DNA of 63,967 nt, filler included, from Pelomyxa schiedti (lineage: Eukaryota; Protista; Evosea), in assembly GCA_020536535.1 (NCBI GenBank). It is 11 parts of 11 records of this genome, joined end to end, with 100 filler letters (N's around TTAATTAATTAA, not from the genome) between each part and the next. Parts side by side here need not be neighbours in the genome. Positions count along the whole stretch, not along the records: positions 44,983 to 49,750 come from JAHLWZ010001555.1; positions 49,851 to 52,497 come from JAHLWZ010001932.1; positions 52,598 to 54,553 come from JAHLWZ010002196.1; positions 54,654 to 59,389 come from JAHLWZ010000591.1; 7 more parts are not named here. One strand, 5' to 3'. The stretch's first letter is position 1. Every line of letters starts with the position of its first letter. Positions 45,587 through 57,239 of the stretch are shown in pieces. The translations under genes were made by a program, and so were the position numbers. The notes under the pieces are model-generated. The model was not told the DNA's origin. It ran no database searches and saw nothing but the letters and a program-made list of their open reading frames with translations.

Positions 45587-48500
45587 TCACCAGTGTTTGG
45601 CTGACCTTGTGTTGTTGTTCAGAGGGGGATGTGTGGTCTTTGGTCTCTTGGGTTGTGGTCCTGTTGGTTTGGGTTCTGATGATGGTGATGGTGGTGATGT
45701 AGTGGGGGTTGCTGCGCTTGGTGGTTGTGTTTGCTTTGTGGTTTTTATAGTAGCTAGTGCAGTCTGGCCAGGAGGTGGCAACTCTTGCAGGAGGTTACCA
45801 CCAAAAGAGTTGGGGTTCGCTGTGGATGTGGTGGCTTTGTTGGATGTGGATGCCGATGAACCAGCTCCTAGGATTTCAGTGTTCTTGGAACACATGGCAG
45901 CTTCATCCTTGAGAATTGACTGAAACTGTCTGTCTTCTGGTGGTTGTCTTTTCACTCGGGTTTTCCTTTTTGCAGGTTGTTGTGGGGAAGAGACTGCTGT
46001 TGGTGTGATGGGTTTCAGTGACAACGGGGTTGTGTTTGTACTACCGCGATGCTGTTCCTGCTGTTGTCGATAAGATTGTAATGATGTGAGTGTTGTTGAC
46101 TTCCTTTTGATTGGTGGCTTGGATGTGGATGTGGCTGCAGGTGTGAGGGTTGAACTTGAACTTGTGGCTGTGGGATGTTGTGTCTTGGTTGTTGGATGTT
46201 TGACAATTGCCCTTGACACCTTCATTTGTTGTGAAAGTTTTGTGAGCTTGGCACCCATCCTCCATTCTGGGTGTTCTTGAAGCACAACAGCACATTTCTG
46301 AATAGCCGTCTCTGACGATGCCTTGGACTCTGTGGTTCTCTCTGTGACTGTGTGGCTGAATGTGCCAGAGGACACTGGGTGTGGCCTGTAGGGTCTCTGG
46401 TGTTTCTGGTGGTTTATTCCATGCAGAATTGTTTTTTGTTGGAGGCATTCAGCCTGTGTAATGAGGCTGGGGACATGCTGCGAGCACCACTGATACAATG
46501 ATGAACATGGTGTCAACTTGAGATTGGAGTGGATGTGCTCGACACACCTGAGCCCAAGCCAGGCATCTGCCGCAGCATAGATGACCTTTTTATGGTATTG
46601 TTAGGTCAGACAAGGGCAGAGGTGGTTCTATTAAAACCATAAACATACCCCTTTGTTGGAGATTGTTGGTGACAACCAGTCTGTTTCCAGTTCCCGAAGG
46701 GTCTTGGAGTGTCCAATGAGTTCTTCTGAAATGCGTCCCAGTGATCTGATGTCTTTTTAGCATCTGGGGTGTGACGAATGGACAACACCCACAGGTAAGA
46801 TGCAGCCAAGTGGAGTTCCATGCAAGCCACTGAGACATCCCAAACACCCTGACAGTGAATGTGGTATTGCTCATCCAATTTCTCACAATCAGAAATCAAT
46901 CCCACGCCACACTGAGATTCAATGTGAGAGAAACACTAAGGGCAAGTGAGCATACCTTCAAAATCTTTGGAGACTCAAGAAGCTTCTGCAAATTTGGTGG
47001 TAACTCTGTTTGCATTTCACCCATCATCAGAACCAAAACATCATGCTTGGTGTTCCCGTTATTGTGACCAGTAAAAGCAATCTGAATTGTGCCAACTCGT
47101 TCGTTGTGTCCCTCAGTGTCAAACCCCACCACCATTCCTTTCTCTTCCTCTTCCTCACTGGCACAACAAGAGGTAGAGCGCGGCTTTCCAACAGCAGTAC
47201 TGCTGCTGTTGACAGCAGAAGAATCTTCAGTGAACAGGAATGGGCAGTATTGTATAATCAGAGCTTCTATTTCCTTGAATGCCTTCTCCTTAGTTCCACT
47301 GGTGATGAGGACCCGCCATGAGTCATCATCAGCCGTCAATTCCCTCAGCCCCCACGACCTCTCTTCAGGTGGTGATGTCACTGACAAACAAAATTCCTGG
47401 TCAGGTGATAATAATAGTACTGGCTGATGATGTAAACAGGGCTCCTGCAGTTCCTCTCCAAGCTTTGTAACCTCGTCTTCATCCATATTTGGGTGTGTGA
47501 CTGTGTGGCTGAATGTTCCAGAGGATACTCGCAGTGGTGTGGGGTGCTCTTCTGTTTTGAATTTGTTGTGTCTGTCTTCCAGGAAGGTTTTTTCCATTGC
47601 AATTTCAAGGCTTGGAACATGTTGCGAGCACCACTGGAATAGTGATAATGGGGATGAGGATTTGGCATGTATCTGCTCAGCACACATGAGGCCAAGCCAC
47701 GCATCTGCCGCGGCATGGATTACCTGAAAGTTGAGTGAGTAATGTTCCACGTTGTGGAGGTGAGGTACCCCTTTGTTGGATATTCTTTCTCCATGCCAGT
47801 CTGTTTTTTCACAAAGGGTACTTGTGTGTCCAATCAGTTTCTCAGAGAGTTGCCCTATTTGCCTGGCGAATTTAATTAATTGCCGGTTTGAGTTAAATAA
47901 ATTCTTACAAATACTCTGTGCCCAAGTGGAGCTCCATGCAAGCCACTGATACATCCCAAGCACCCTTGCATTTGATGTGGTATTGCTCATCCAGGATTTG
48001 AAAATCTTCAGCCACACCCACCCCACACTACATGATTGATTGATTGTGTGAGAACAGTGAGTGAAATATTCAAACTAGAGGAGGGATGAAATGAACAAAC
48101 TTTTAAAATCGTTGGAGACTCGAGAATCTTCTTCAAACTGGGTGGCAACTGTGCCGGCATTCCTCCCAGCAACATAACCAAAACGTCATGCCTCGCGCGT
48201 CCGTTCTGGTGTCCCGGAAACGCAATCTGCACCGTGCCTACGCCCCGTGGCGCACCTGTCGTGGCGGGTCCCCTAATGGCGAACCCGACAACCATCCCGG
48301 CTAGAATGGAGCGGCAGTACTGCGGGATGACTTGGTCCAACTGGCGGCGGCCCAGGACCGGGTACACCCCGTTTGTGGCCAGTGCCCTCCAGGAGTTGTC
48401 GTCGGCCCTCAGCTCCCTCAGGCCCCACGACCTCTGTTGGTCCGGCAGTGCTCCCGACAAGAAAAACGGGTCGCATTCAACTGCTGGCGACGGGGTCGAC

Positions 48501-48655
48501 GACGACGAAATCTGTGGGGGAATAGAAAAAGAAACCCGTTTGTTTTTTGGTTTGTTGTATTTTTGGTTGTGGTTGTGTGGTGTTAGTTGTGTCGGCGTCG
48601 ATACCTTCGGTGTTTCAGCAGTCTTCATCATCGAATGATGATACGTAGTGTTCAC
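45587..48655 (-). CDS. Protein with two tandem WRN/EXD-like DEDD 3'-5' exonuclease units and a low-complexity basic tail
   Basis: Unit 1: GMVVGFAIRG..VQIAF..LP.SLKKILESPTILK|VGVAEDF..TDW..|VIHAAADAWLG. Unit 2: GMVVGFDTEG..IQIAF..LLESPKILK..SDCEKL..TDW..|VIYAAADAWLG. Confidence 0.82.
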
Positions 48656-48702
48656 GTAATTGGAAGTGGAGGTGATGGTGGCAATGAGGTATTTTTTCCC
48701 TT

Positions 48703-49750
48703 TTAATTCAACGACATTCCCAACCAGATCTTTGTGGAATCAAGCACTTCGTAAAAGCCTTGTGCTTCCACATAGTCACGGAACTCGTCAAGAGTGATCC
48801 CAAAGGAGTGGATGGTGTGTATGGCCACATGTGGTGACCTGGAGATCATTGGAATGAAGTAACTGCGAATCATGGCAGCGTCGATTGTGGGGTAATGCCT
48901 CTCGAGCAACTTCCAGCCAACAAGGTCAATGAACCTCCCTGCACCAGGGTTGCTTGCCATTAATGTAATCTGTGTTCATTTTGTTTGGTACAAACTGATG
49001 GAGAAGTGAAGTGAAATACGCACATCAGTCAAAGGGATGTCAAAGGACTCGAGAAGCCACTGCACACACCCATTCTTTCTGCTGTGTAAGAGTTTGCACA
49101 AGAGAGCGTTGTTGTTGGATTTGATGTGATTGTATTGCAAGTTGAACTTGCAGATGACCCACTTTACAATCTTGCTGGATTCTGGCTGAAAGGAATCACA
49201 AGCCAGACACTGTGCCACAAACTCTGGTGTCAACAGCGGTGAGGAATCATCACCAACAGACTGGAAGAGGTGCTGGAGAGCAATCATGTTGGATTTCATG
49301 AATTTCACTGCAATCTTCTGGAACTGGTCAGGGTCACTCGCTGGCACAAACTGTGGGAAACTCTCAAGCACCAATGCAACATAATTTGGAAGCTTATTGC
49401 CCAGTGCTTCTGAAATTGCGCCATGGATTGCTGTATGGCTGAGCGAGGCATGGGATACATGCTCTATGAACCACCTCAAACCAGCTATATTGTAAATGTA
49501 CCCGTGGCACAGCATTTCCAATGTGTATTCCAACATCTTTGGTGTGCTTGCAATCAACTCCATCGCATGGAAGGTACCCTCCAACCACTCTGCAACTTCG
49601 GTGTTGTTCCAACAGAGTGCCTGAACCATGGAGTGAGTTATTGTTGGCTGGGAGAGTTGCACCCTTGTTGAGAGCCACTTTGCAAGTGACGAACCTCTCT
49701 TTGCTGATGTGAAACATGCTGATGTAAAGGACTCCGTTGTTGGGGCAAAG
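48703..49750 (-). CDS. Ankyrin-like expanded family protein (5' partial)
   Basis: NTEVAEWLEGTFH, NIAGLRWF, SSKIVKWVICKF, GCVQWLLESFDI. Last exon ends STKIWLG. Confidence 0.72.
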
Positions 49751-49850
49751 NNNNNNNNNNNNNNNNNNNNNNNNNNNNNNNNNNNNNNNNNNNNTTAATT
49801 AATTAANNNNNNNNNNNNNNNNNNNNNNNNNNNNNNNNNNNNNNNNNNNN
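49751..49850. other. Artificial contig spacer
   Basis: 44 N + TTAATTAATTAA + 44 N. Confidence 0.99.
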
Positions 49851-49939
49851 TAGTGACAACTCTGGTGATAGAAACTCATCAAGTTCTTCTTTGCTGTCTG
49901 TGAATTCAATTGAAAAATCCAAAGAGGTAAACCCTGCAC

Positions 49940-50083
49940 TTGTCACCACAACCATCACCGCACCCGTCGCCACACTAGTCACCGCACCCATTGCCACACC
50001 CATCACCACACCTGTCGCCGCACCTGTCGCCACACCCGTCGCCACACCCTTCACCAGACCTGTCACCACACCTATTGCTGCAC
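49940..50083 (+). repeat. Degenerate 12-nt minisatellite encoding (T/A)P(V/I)(A/T) repeats at the 3' end of a partial ORF
   Basis: About 12 units such as CACCCGTCGCCA/CACCTGTCGCCG within the ORF ending at 50109. Confidence 0.8.
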
Positions 50084-50230
50084 TTGGGAGTGCTTATTGC
50101 GACAAATAGTGGCTTTAACTGGCCTGTCAGCACTGTTAAATATTGAGTTAGATTAAGAGCAACATAAAAAAAAGTTTTTTTCTTGTGGTTAACCCAGGGC
50201 AGTGATTTTACTGACTGGCTTATGTGCTCA

Positions 50231-50356
50231 ACCACCGCCCAGGGCGGTGATCTGATTTGACTGCAAAAAGTGCATCATCACCGCCCAAAATCACCGCCCG
50301 GGCGGTGATTTTGGGCGGTGATGATACACTTTTTGTAGGGAAAAAAATCACCGCCC
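50231..50356. repeat. 72-bp loopless near-perfect palindrome built from ATCACCGCCC motifs
   Basis: 50264-50299 is the reverse complement of 50300-50335 with 1 mismatch. A further CACCGCCC-A-GGGCGGTG lies at 50233-50249 and another ATCACCGCCC at 50347. Confidence 0.97.
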
Positions 50357-51320
50357 ATTGATCCAGATATGCACTGACACCCCATCAAAACCCCAAGAAA
50401 TTACGATCGGGACTTGAATGCGGGGCGAATAACAGACAGAGAGGAAGACATTCGGAAGTTCGGATGGCAGAGTGATTCTGAAATATGGGTCAAGTTGCGT
50501 GCGGGCAGTGCTTGTCTCCAGCGGCTGGCGTTGGAGAGGTGAAGGCGACTGTTCACGGAACAGATCCAACCACTCTCAGAGCACAAGACATCGACGGAGT
50601 CTCTGACGGTATATCGCGGTGCCATGCAGGAGGTGTGTTGTTTGTGTTTTGTTACTTAAAAATGGAAAAATGTGGTGAAAACAACAAAGTGTTTGACCCA
50701 CCCATAACATTTTTTGGTTACAAAGTGTTCACAAATGACACAAACAGCACCCATAACTTGGAGTTAAGTGTGAAATTGTCTGGTAGCACCCAATGAGATA
50801 TTGTATTTATTAATTATTTATTATTAATTTACTTAAAAGTAATTTTTATGTATTTACACCTTGTCATAAGGTAATAAGGCCTACAGCATTGCTGCACCCC
50901 AAAAATGTGGCTTACTGTTTCTTTGTTTTCTTTTTCCCATAGTAGATAACGATCATTCCAGCGGGCAAGGTAAATTCCATCTGTTCTTTCAGCACTTGGA
51001 CACTGGGATGCTTTACACTTAGGTGGTCAACTTGCCTGCCACTGCTGACATGACAACCACTGACGCACATCCTTCTCCTTTTTTGTCATTGCTGAACAGT
51101 TGTAGGTACTGGACCAACCCCAACTTCCCTAACCCACTCTCCCGCTTTTCCGCTTTCCAACTACCACACTTTACTGTGACGGGTGCACAACAAGGCCCAA
51201 ATTTCCCTTCTTACTCTTTCACTCTCATGCGTACCCACAACACCCACTTCTCTCCAAAATGTGGATTTAAAATAACGATTTTGTATCCAAGGGTGCCTTG
51301 TTGTGCACCCGTCACAGTAA

Positions 51321-51490
51321 AGTGTGGTAGTGTGGTGAGTGAGTGTGAGGAATTCGGCCTGGTGCCCAGTCCGGTACCTAGTACTTAGGTAGTGTGGAGA
51401 GTGAGTGTGGTAGTGTGGTGAGTGAGTGTGGTAGTGTGGTGAGTGAGTGTGAGGAATTCGGCCTGGTGCCCAGTCCGGTACCTAGTACTT
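51321..51490. repeat. 66-bp direct repeat (period 104) with internal 21-bp GT-rich subrepeats
   Basis: AGTGTGGTAGTGTGGTGAGTGAGTGTGAGGAATTCGGCCTGGTGCCCAGTCCGGTACCTAGTACTT at 51321-51386 and 51425-51490. Confidence 0.95.
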
Positions 51491-52133
51491 TGAGTGGGAT
51501 GACGAGGGGGGGGAGGGATGTATGTTGGCGGTTGCCATCTGGCGCAGCTATAAAAAAAAAACTACATACCACCGTGCCAGTATAATAAAATACAGAAGGA
51601 AGTTACCTAGCCAGCTGGGATTACAGACACCACATCCGGCACCTAAATTATCCTACGTGAGAAAACGAAGAAAGAAGAAGCCACATACTGGTGGAAAGCT
51701 GCCATAAATACTGGTGTAATGCGGAATGGGGAAAAAAGAACTGGAGGCGTAATTAAAATTATTTATAAAGAAGTTCATACATTATAATTATTTAAAAAAA
51801 TAATTTGCACAAGCAAATAGAACAGTTGTGGCGAAGAAGACAACAAAAAGCAAATGGGAGAGTACTGCTTGTCCACTGCTGGCATGGCCACCCCTCATCG
51901 ATTTTTTTGGTGGTTGTGACGATAATCAAAAGTCACAAGCCACTGACAATCAAACCCATTTATGTTCAAGGCGCAGCCGCGGCGAGACCCGATTCAACGA
52001 ACACACACCGCGCTGCCGCCGCGCCAACCGCCCAACAAATCCCGGCAAAATCGGGCAGCTTCACGCTGCCTTGCTCACTAAAAAACATTTGACTTGCATC
52101 CCTAATACCCCTGATCAAACTGTAAAACAAATA

Positions 52134-52497
52134 ATGGCATCTCCGTCACCACAACAACAGGGCGCTGTACCTCCTTTGCCACAGTGCAGTGTGTGCGGCG
52201 GGCTGGGGTGTCCCATAACCGATCCGGTGTTGTTCCCCGTGTCCAAATCAGCTGCCTCCTCCTCCACACCGCCGTCATCGTCGTCGTCGTCGTCGTGTGG
52301 GCACGTCGTGTGCCGTGGGTGCTACCGCCACATCGCATCGGTGGCCACACTAATGATGTTGCGTGAGCGTGCCCCGCTGTGCATGCCCTCAGTCTCTCTG
52401 TCAGGAGGCAGTACTCATAATTGTAACAATGAAGACCAACAACATTCTGGCGAGATGGCATCTGTATCATCAACACCATTATCTCTGCCAGGTTTTT
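52134..52497 (+). CDS. RING-finger protein, N-terminal part (3' partial)
   Basis: CSVC..CPITDPVLFP-(Ser insert)-CGHVVCRGC. Confidence 0.7.
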
Positions 52498-52597
52498 NNN
52501 NNNNNNNNNNNNNNNNNNNNNNNNNNNNNNNNNNNNNNNNNTTAATTAATTAANNNNNNNNNNNNNNNNNNNNNNNNNNNNNNNNNNNNNNNNNNNN
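52498..52597. other. Artificial contig spacer
   Basis: 44 N + TTAATTAATTAA + 44 N. Confidence 0.99.
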
Positions 52598-53075
52598 TTG
52601 TTGGTGTTGACGAGGAACGGCTTGAGGTTGGTCAGTGCCTGGATGAGGCACTCCACTGACGCGTGTGCGCTCGTGAACCCAAAGATGTTCACTGCAAGTT
52701 GGAACGACTGGAACGGGAACCCCGCGTCCGCAAATGTGGTGCGCAGCTTGTCAAAGTTCTCAGATGATATCTCCATGAACACCACAATCACTGTGGGACC
52801 TACATGGGTTGTGTGTGTTGTTGGTTGGATTCAAGAAGACAAACAGATAGATAGATATTTTGAAACTATTTATTTAGGCATGGAAAAATTACGCCAAGAA
52901 AATCTCTCTGGAATTCCGGCAACAGTGGCTTCCGGCACTGGAAATGTTTAATTAATATGTGCGGTAACAAAAGGAAGAAAAAACTTACGTTGTGAAACAC
53001 ATCGACTGTCCACACAAGTCTGAAGATTAAGGTGGTCAATGTACAGTTCGGATTTAACAGCAAGCAAATTTCCAT
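52598..53075 (-). CDS. Hypothetical spliced gene fragment
   Basis: Coding-like exon PTVIVVFMEISSENFDKLRTTFADAGFPF...ALTNLKPFLV with flanking GT-AG introns. No family recognised. Confidence 0.4.
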
Positions 53076-54553
53076 TCGTTGCTTAGGCTTTGTTCAAGTG
53101 ATTGTGTGTGTACAACATTACTGACTAACTCCAGGCTATTGGGGGAACTCAAAGAAGAGGAATACCACTGGAATGGAGACGCATTCTGCTCCCCTCTACA
53201 ACACCGCCTGGTTTTCAAATTTGAGAAGTCGAAAAAGAAAAACAGAGAAGAGAAATGGAAACAAAACATACTGCTGTGCCCCTTCTCCTCGTCGTTGAAT
53301 CTTCAATGACCTGTGTTGATGTGAGAATAAGAACAAAAACAAGACTAAGCTGAACGAAACTTAAATAGCACGAGACAAAGAAAAACAAAGCAAAACAAAA
53401 AGAACTGAACCAAATCTGGTACATAAAGACAAACTACTTAGGTGTCCTAACTGACCTTTGTTTGTCAATTGCGTTTGCTTTGGCTTGTTGGCGCTCTCAC
53501 AACAGACGTTCACGTACCTTGTTTTGACACCTAAAACCCGCAAGCGCCTCCCTCACGAGTGAGGGCTTCTCTTGCTTTTGCTTCTCAGCCTCCGCTATTC
53601 ATTGTAGCTTCCATGATCAGGAGGGTCTGTGTGCGGGAGCTGTACGTGCATACTGTGAACCCAGGATTCATTCTGGATAAAGGAACATAGATGATTCCAG
53701 AATTGTACGGAAGGGGAAGTGGGAATGGGATGGTTACGTGATCACTGCATTAGGAAGAGTTTTCCGGTGGTTATTGTTGCGTGGAAGATACCGATCCATG
53801 ACCTCCTCAGGACCAGTCTTGGTGTCATCACCGATTATGTTGCTGGTTTTCTTAGGAATATCTGTCCTGGAACTGAGCGGCCCATGTATCTCCGACCAGG
53901 TTTGCTGTGGAAATGCGAGAATAGAACAGCAACTTCGGGGGTAATTAATATCTTGTTTTCCATTACCCATTTCTTCCATACCCCTCAGGGCACACAGGTA
54001 AAGGCTTCCAATGGAAAGTATTGGCGCCATAAATAATGCTGTTCTCCATGGGTGAATAAATTTTAAAGCTCCAGGAGTTACACCATAGAAATGACCACAC
54101 ACCCAGTGGAAGTGTTCAGATTTTCACCTGTGGTTAAACATTCTCATTGGTTTTTGGCCTATTGGCCGTGCTATCACTGCGGAATCTGGTTCTCAACCAG
54201 GACTTTGGAGGAGGATATTTCCGGTGATGAAGCGGAGTACATTTCCGCATGTATCTTGCAAGTAGGATTAGGGTGGAAATGATAATAATGATGCCATACA
54301 ACATACATGTGCATTCTGAGTCAGTAAATTGAATTTCAAGACTCTGATCAAATACAAAGCCACGTATCAATTTTCATAGGAAATAATTATCACTTTGTTC
54401 TTCCTCCTCCCCTCACTCCCCCACCATCCCCTACCCCTCCTAGATTTGTCAGTCTTATTAATATTCTTTGAAAAGTAAGGATCAAGGAAAAGGTGCCAAT
54501 GCGGGAAAGGCACCACGCACACAAGAAGCACAATAAAAGCATGAGAAATGCAA

Positions 54554-54653
54554 NNNNNNNNNNNNNNNNNNNNNNNNNNNNNNNNNNNNNNNNNNNNTTA
54601 ATTAATTAANNNNNNNNNNNNNNNNNNNNNNNNNNNNNNNNNNNNNNNNNNNN
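54554..54653. other. Artificial contig spacer
   Basis: 44 N + TTAATTAATTAA + 44 N. Confidence 0.99.
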
Positions 54654-55199
54654 AACTCTTCTTTAGACTTTGATGTTTACTATACCATGCCATTTTAATG
54701 ATATATGTGTTTCTATATATTTGCCATGGCTTTGGCCACAAGCAACACAAAGTGTGATGACACTCCCCACTTGCCTCACCTCCTAACCAAAAAAAAAAAA
54801 AAAGACCAGGTTGTTGTTTTGTGAGCCAGAACCAGAAAAGGGAAGGAAGAGGGAAGGCCTGTGGCGGGGGCTACCGAAACCGCCAGAGATCCGCCAAAAA
54901 CGAAAATTTTGGATAAGGAAGGGGACGCTTTCGTGCGCGTACTACTAGTGGTTCACTGTTCCTTCCACTGGCCATTTCCCCTCTCTTCCTCTTCACTTTT
55001 TGGAATCTCCCAATCCTGGCATTTTGGGAGCAGACAACAAGGTGATTTATCACCAACTCATGATTTTCTTTATGTTTGCCTCACACACTACATAGTTCTG
55101 TTTCAATTAGGAGAAACTTGCATTTCCAGCACATGAAATCTTGCATTCAGTGCGTCAGGAACTACGTTGGTAATCCCCTTTATGTATACATCTTTTGTT

Positions 55200-56150
55200 G
55201 GTAAGCAACTTTGTAGAGTGAGACACCATCTCCATACTTTACTGTGTGAGGCGGACATGTATCATTTAACCTTATCAATACTGCATGATCAAAATAAAGT
55301 ATCCAGGAGTGATTTTCGAGGTATTCTTAGAATCAAACAATTCCACAAACAACAGCTAATACTTCCAATTCGGTAATAGGGTAATTCTGTTTGTACTTCT
55401 TCAACTTTGGTCTTTGGAACTCCCATGACAATATAGCAACATAACTAATGATATGTCCAAGGAAATTAATTGTATCAAGACAAAAATCACACTTAGAAGG
55501 TTTCAACTTCACTCCAGCTTCATATGACCATTCAAATACTTCTAGATGCTTCACATGAGTATGTGAAAATATGATGATGTTAACAATATAAGCTAAAACA
55601 TTTGCCATTGCTTTATGTCGTTGGTAAGTCATTTACCAAACCAAATGGCATTCTTACCATCTCCAGGTGTCTAATGCACAATAAAAGCAGTTTTAGGTAT
55701 GTCTTCCTCTTTCATCTGCACTTGCCCACAGCCACTGAATGCATCTAACTTTGGCCAAAATAAATCTGTTCTCTCCTAGCAGATGTGTTGTACTCATGAC
55801 ATTGGGCATAGCAAATCCATCCTTGACATGATTGTGCTGAGATGTCAATAGTCAACACAAAAACGAATTGAACCGTGTTTCTTCACAACAACAAGAATGA
55901 CAGGTGCTGAGTATGGACTGTTGCTATATCTAACCACACCCACATCAAGTAATTTTTGCACTTCTTCTTTCTCCTTTTCACACTTATCAGGATTCACTGT
56001 CTCTTCACATTGATGGGTGCATCAGATGTCAACTTGATTTCATGTTCAACTCCCTTTATTTCTCCAAGTTCCTATGCTATTACTGTGAAAACTTTGTGAT
56101 AAGCCATTGAGGAGTTTCAACAACTTATATACTTCTGATGCTCATCCAAA
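55200..56150 (-). mobile_element. Decayed Ty3/gypsy pol (RT + partial RNase H), with many stops, frameshifts and deletions
   Basis: VEHEIKL, SNSPYSAPVILV, IRFCVDY*HL, KLDAFSGCGQVQMKEEDIPKTAF, RMPFG, AGVKLKPSKCDF...FLGHIIS, QNYPITELEVLAV. Confidence 0.92.
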
Positions 56151-56261
56151 TGTGCTCCAATCTTCCAATTGTTTATTGGTTCTCTAGGTACTGTATTCTC
56201 ATCTTTCTTGTTAATGTTAATCTCATAAACTGCAAGTCATCCTACTCGTTTCCAGCTTCCA

Positions 56262-57139
56262 TTACATCTTGGCTGGGATTTTCCCCTTGAGGGCTTGTCC
56301 TTTGTACAATGACAATTGCAAATTTCGCTTCCGGTAACTAGGTTTCGACATGCAAGCGGACCACAGCGACGGAAAACGATCGTCAATTGCCCACACGTCT
56401 AGTACGTTTATTATGAACAACAGCAACGGCAGACAAGCTCCACCATCCACCCCCGTAACTACTGGGATCGCAGTGGAAACGTCGGCAACCAGAAGGGCCG
56501 TGGGTGGAGCAAATAATAATGATCGGTCTAACCAACCCACCCGCTCCGCAACACCCAATCCAAATAACGCTAGCAAAACGCGCACCACCGAGGAACAAGC
56601 AGCAATCGTTTGGGTTCAAAATACCCAACAAACAATCGCTAACTTCCGCTCGGAAAAACCAGACTCCAATATCCTTAACCTTCTACAATCCGCTGCCGCA
56701 TGCACCAAAGCCAAAAACCTTATTTCCCAGGTTACCACCTGGGAATCCAACGCCTCAGATCACTTCCCAATCTTGCTGACAGTCACCACAAGAATCAAGA
56801 CTGAATGGAACAAGGACAGACCCCCAAGATGGACTTTCGAAAACCCAGCATACGAGTTGCACCTCCTGAGAATCCTTCCAGAAAGCCTCCCTGACAATCC
56901 AGTGGCATGCTGGAAGACCTACAAGAGGCTACTAACCAAAGCTGCATGGCAAACAATGAACAACCACAACAACACACAGCAGGACACTCTCTCAGCATTG
57001 CTTAAGTTGCAGAAGGCGTCTGCAACAGAAGCCTTGACCATCATTGAAAGAAACAAGGAGGTAGCAGATCTGTTCGACTACTATCCTCCAAGCCCAGACC
57101 AAATACAAGAGGCAATCACATGGGTTAAAACCCAATTAG
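56262..57139 (+). mobile_element. Internally deleted LINE (APE-type non-LTR) copy: ORF1 N-terminus fused in frame to the end of the ORF2 endonuclease
   Basis: 56342-56696 is near-identical to 57240-57594. It then switches to ..SNASDHFPILLTV..PPRWTF..WKTYK, the APE SDH.P motif plus linker. Confidence 0.75.
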
Positions 57140-57239
57140 NNNNNNNNNNNNNNNNNNNNNNNNNNNNNNNNNNNNNNNNNNNNNNNNNNNNNNNNNNNNN
57201 NNNNNNNNNNNNNNNNNNNNNNNNNNNNNNNNNNNNNNN
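57140..57239. other. 100-N scaffold gap
   Basis: Plain N run with no linker. Confidence 0.99.

Noticed and set aside
50280-50320. ATCACCGCC resembles the lambda operator half-site
   Set aside because: Spacing and symmetry differ from the 17-bp operator and there is no lambda context. Treated as coincidence.
50186-50625. piggyBac-like hints (TTAA-CCC at about 50188; small ORF starting MAPRYTV)
   Set aside because: No matching GGG-TTAA end and no DDD transposase motifs in the contig.
51321-51490. Repeat-spacer-repeat pattern as a CRISPR array
   Set aside because: Only two units, the spacer is made of the same subrepeat, the context is eukaryotic and there are no cas genes.
53600-54370. Short ORFs in contig 9
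   Set aside because: Possibly exons, but no family or consistent gene model could be supported.
54835-54995. Possible LTR (TG at 54860 to CA at 54974) with purine tracts
   Set aside because: Candidate polypurine tracts occur on both strands and no second LTR is present, so orientation and identity cannot be supported.
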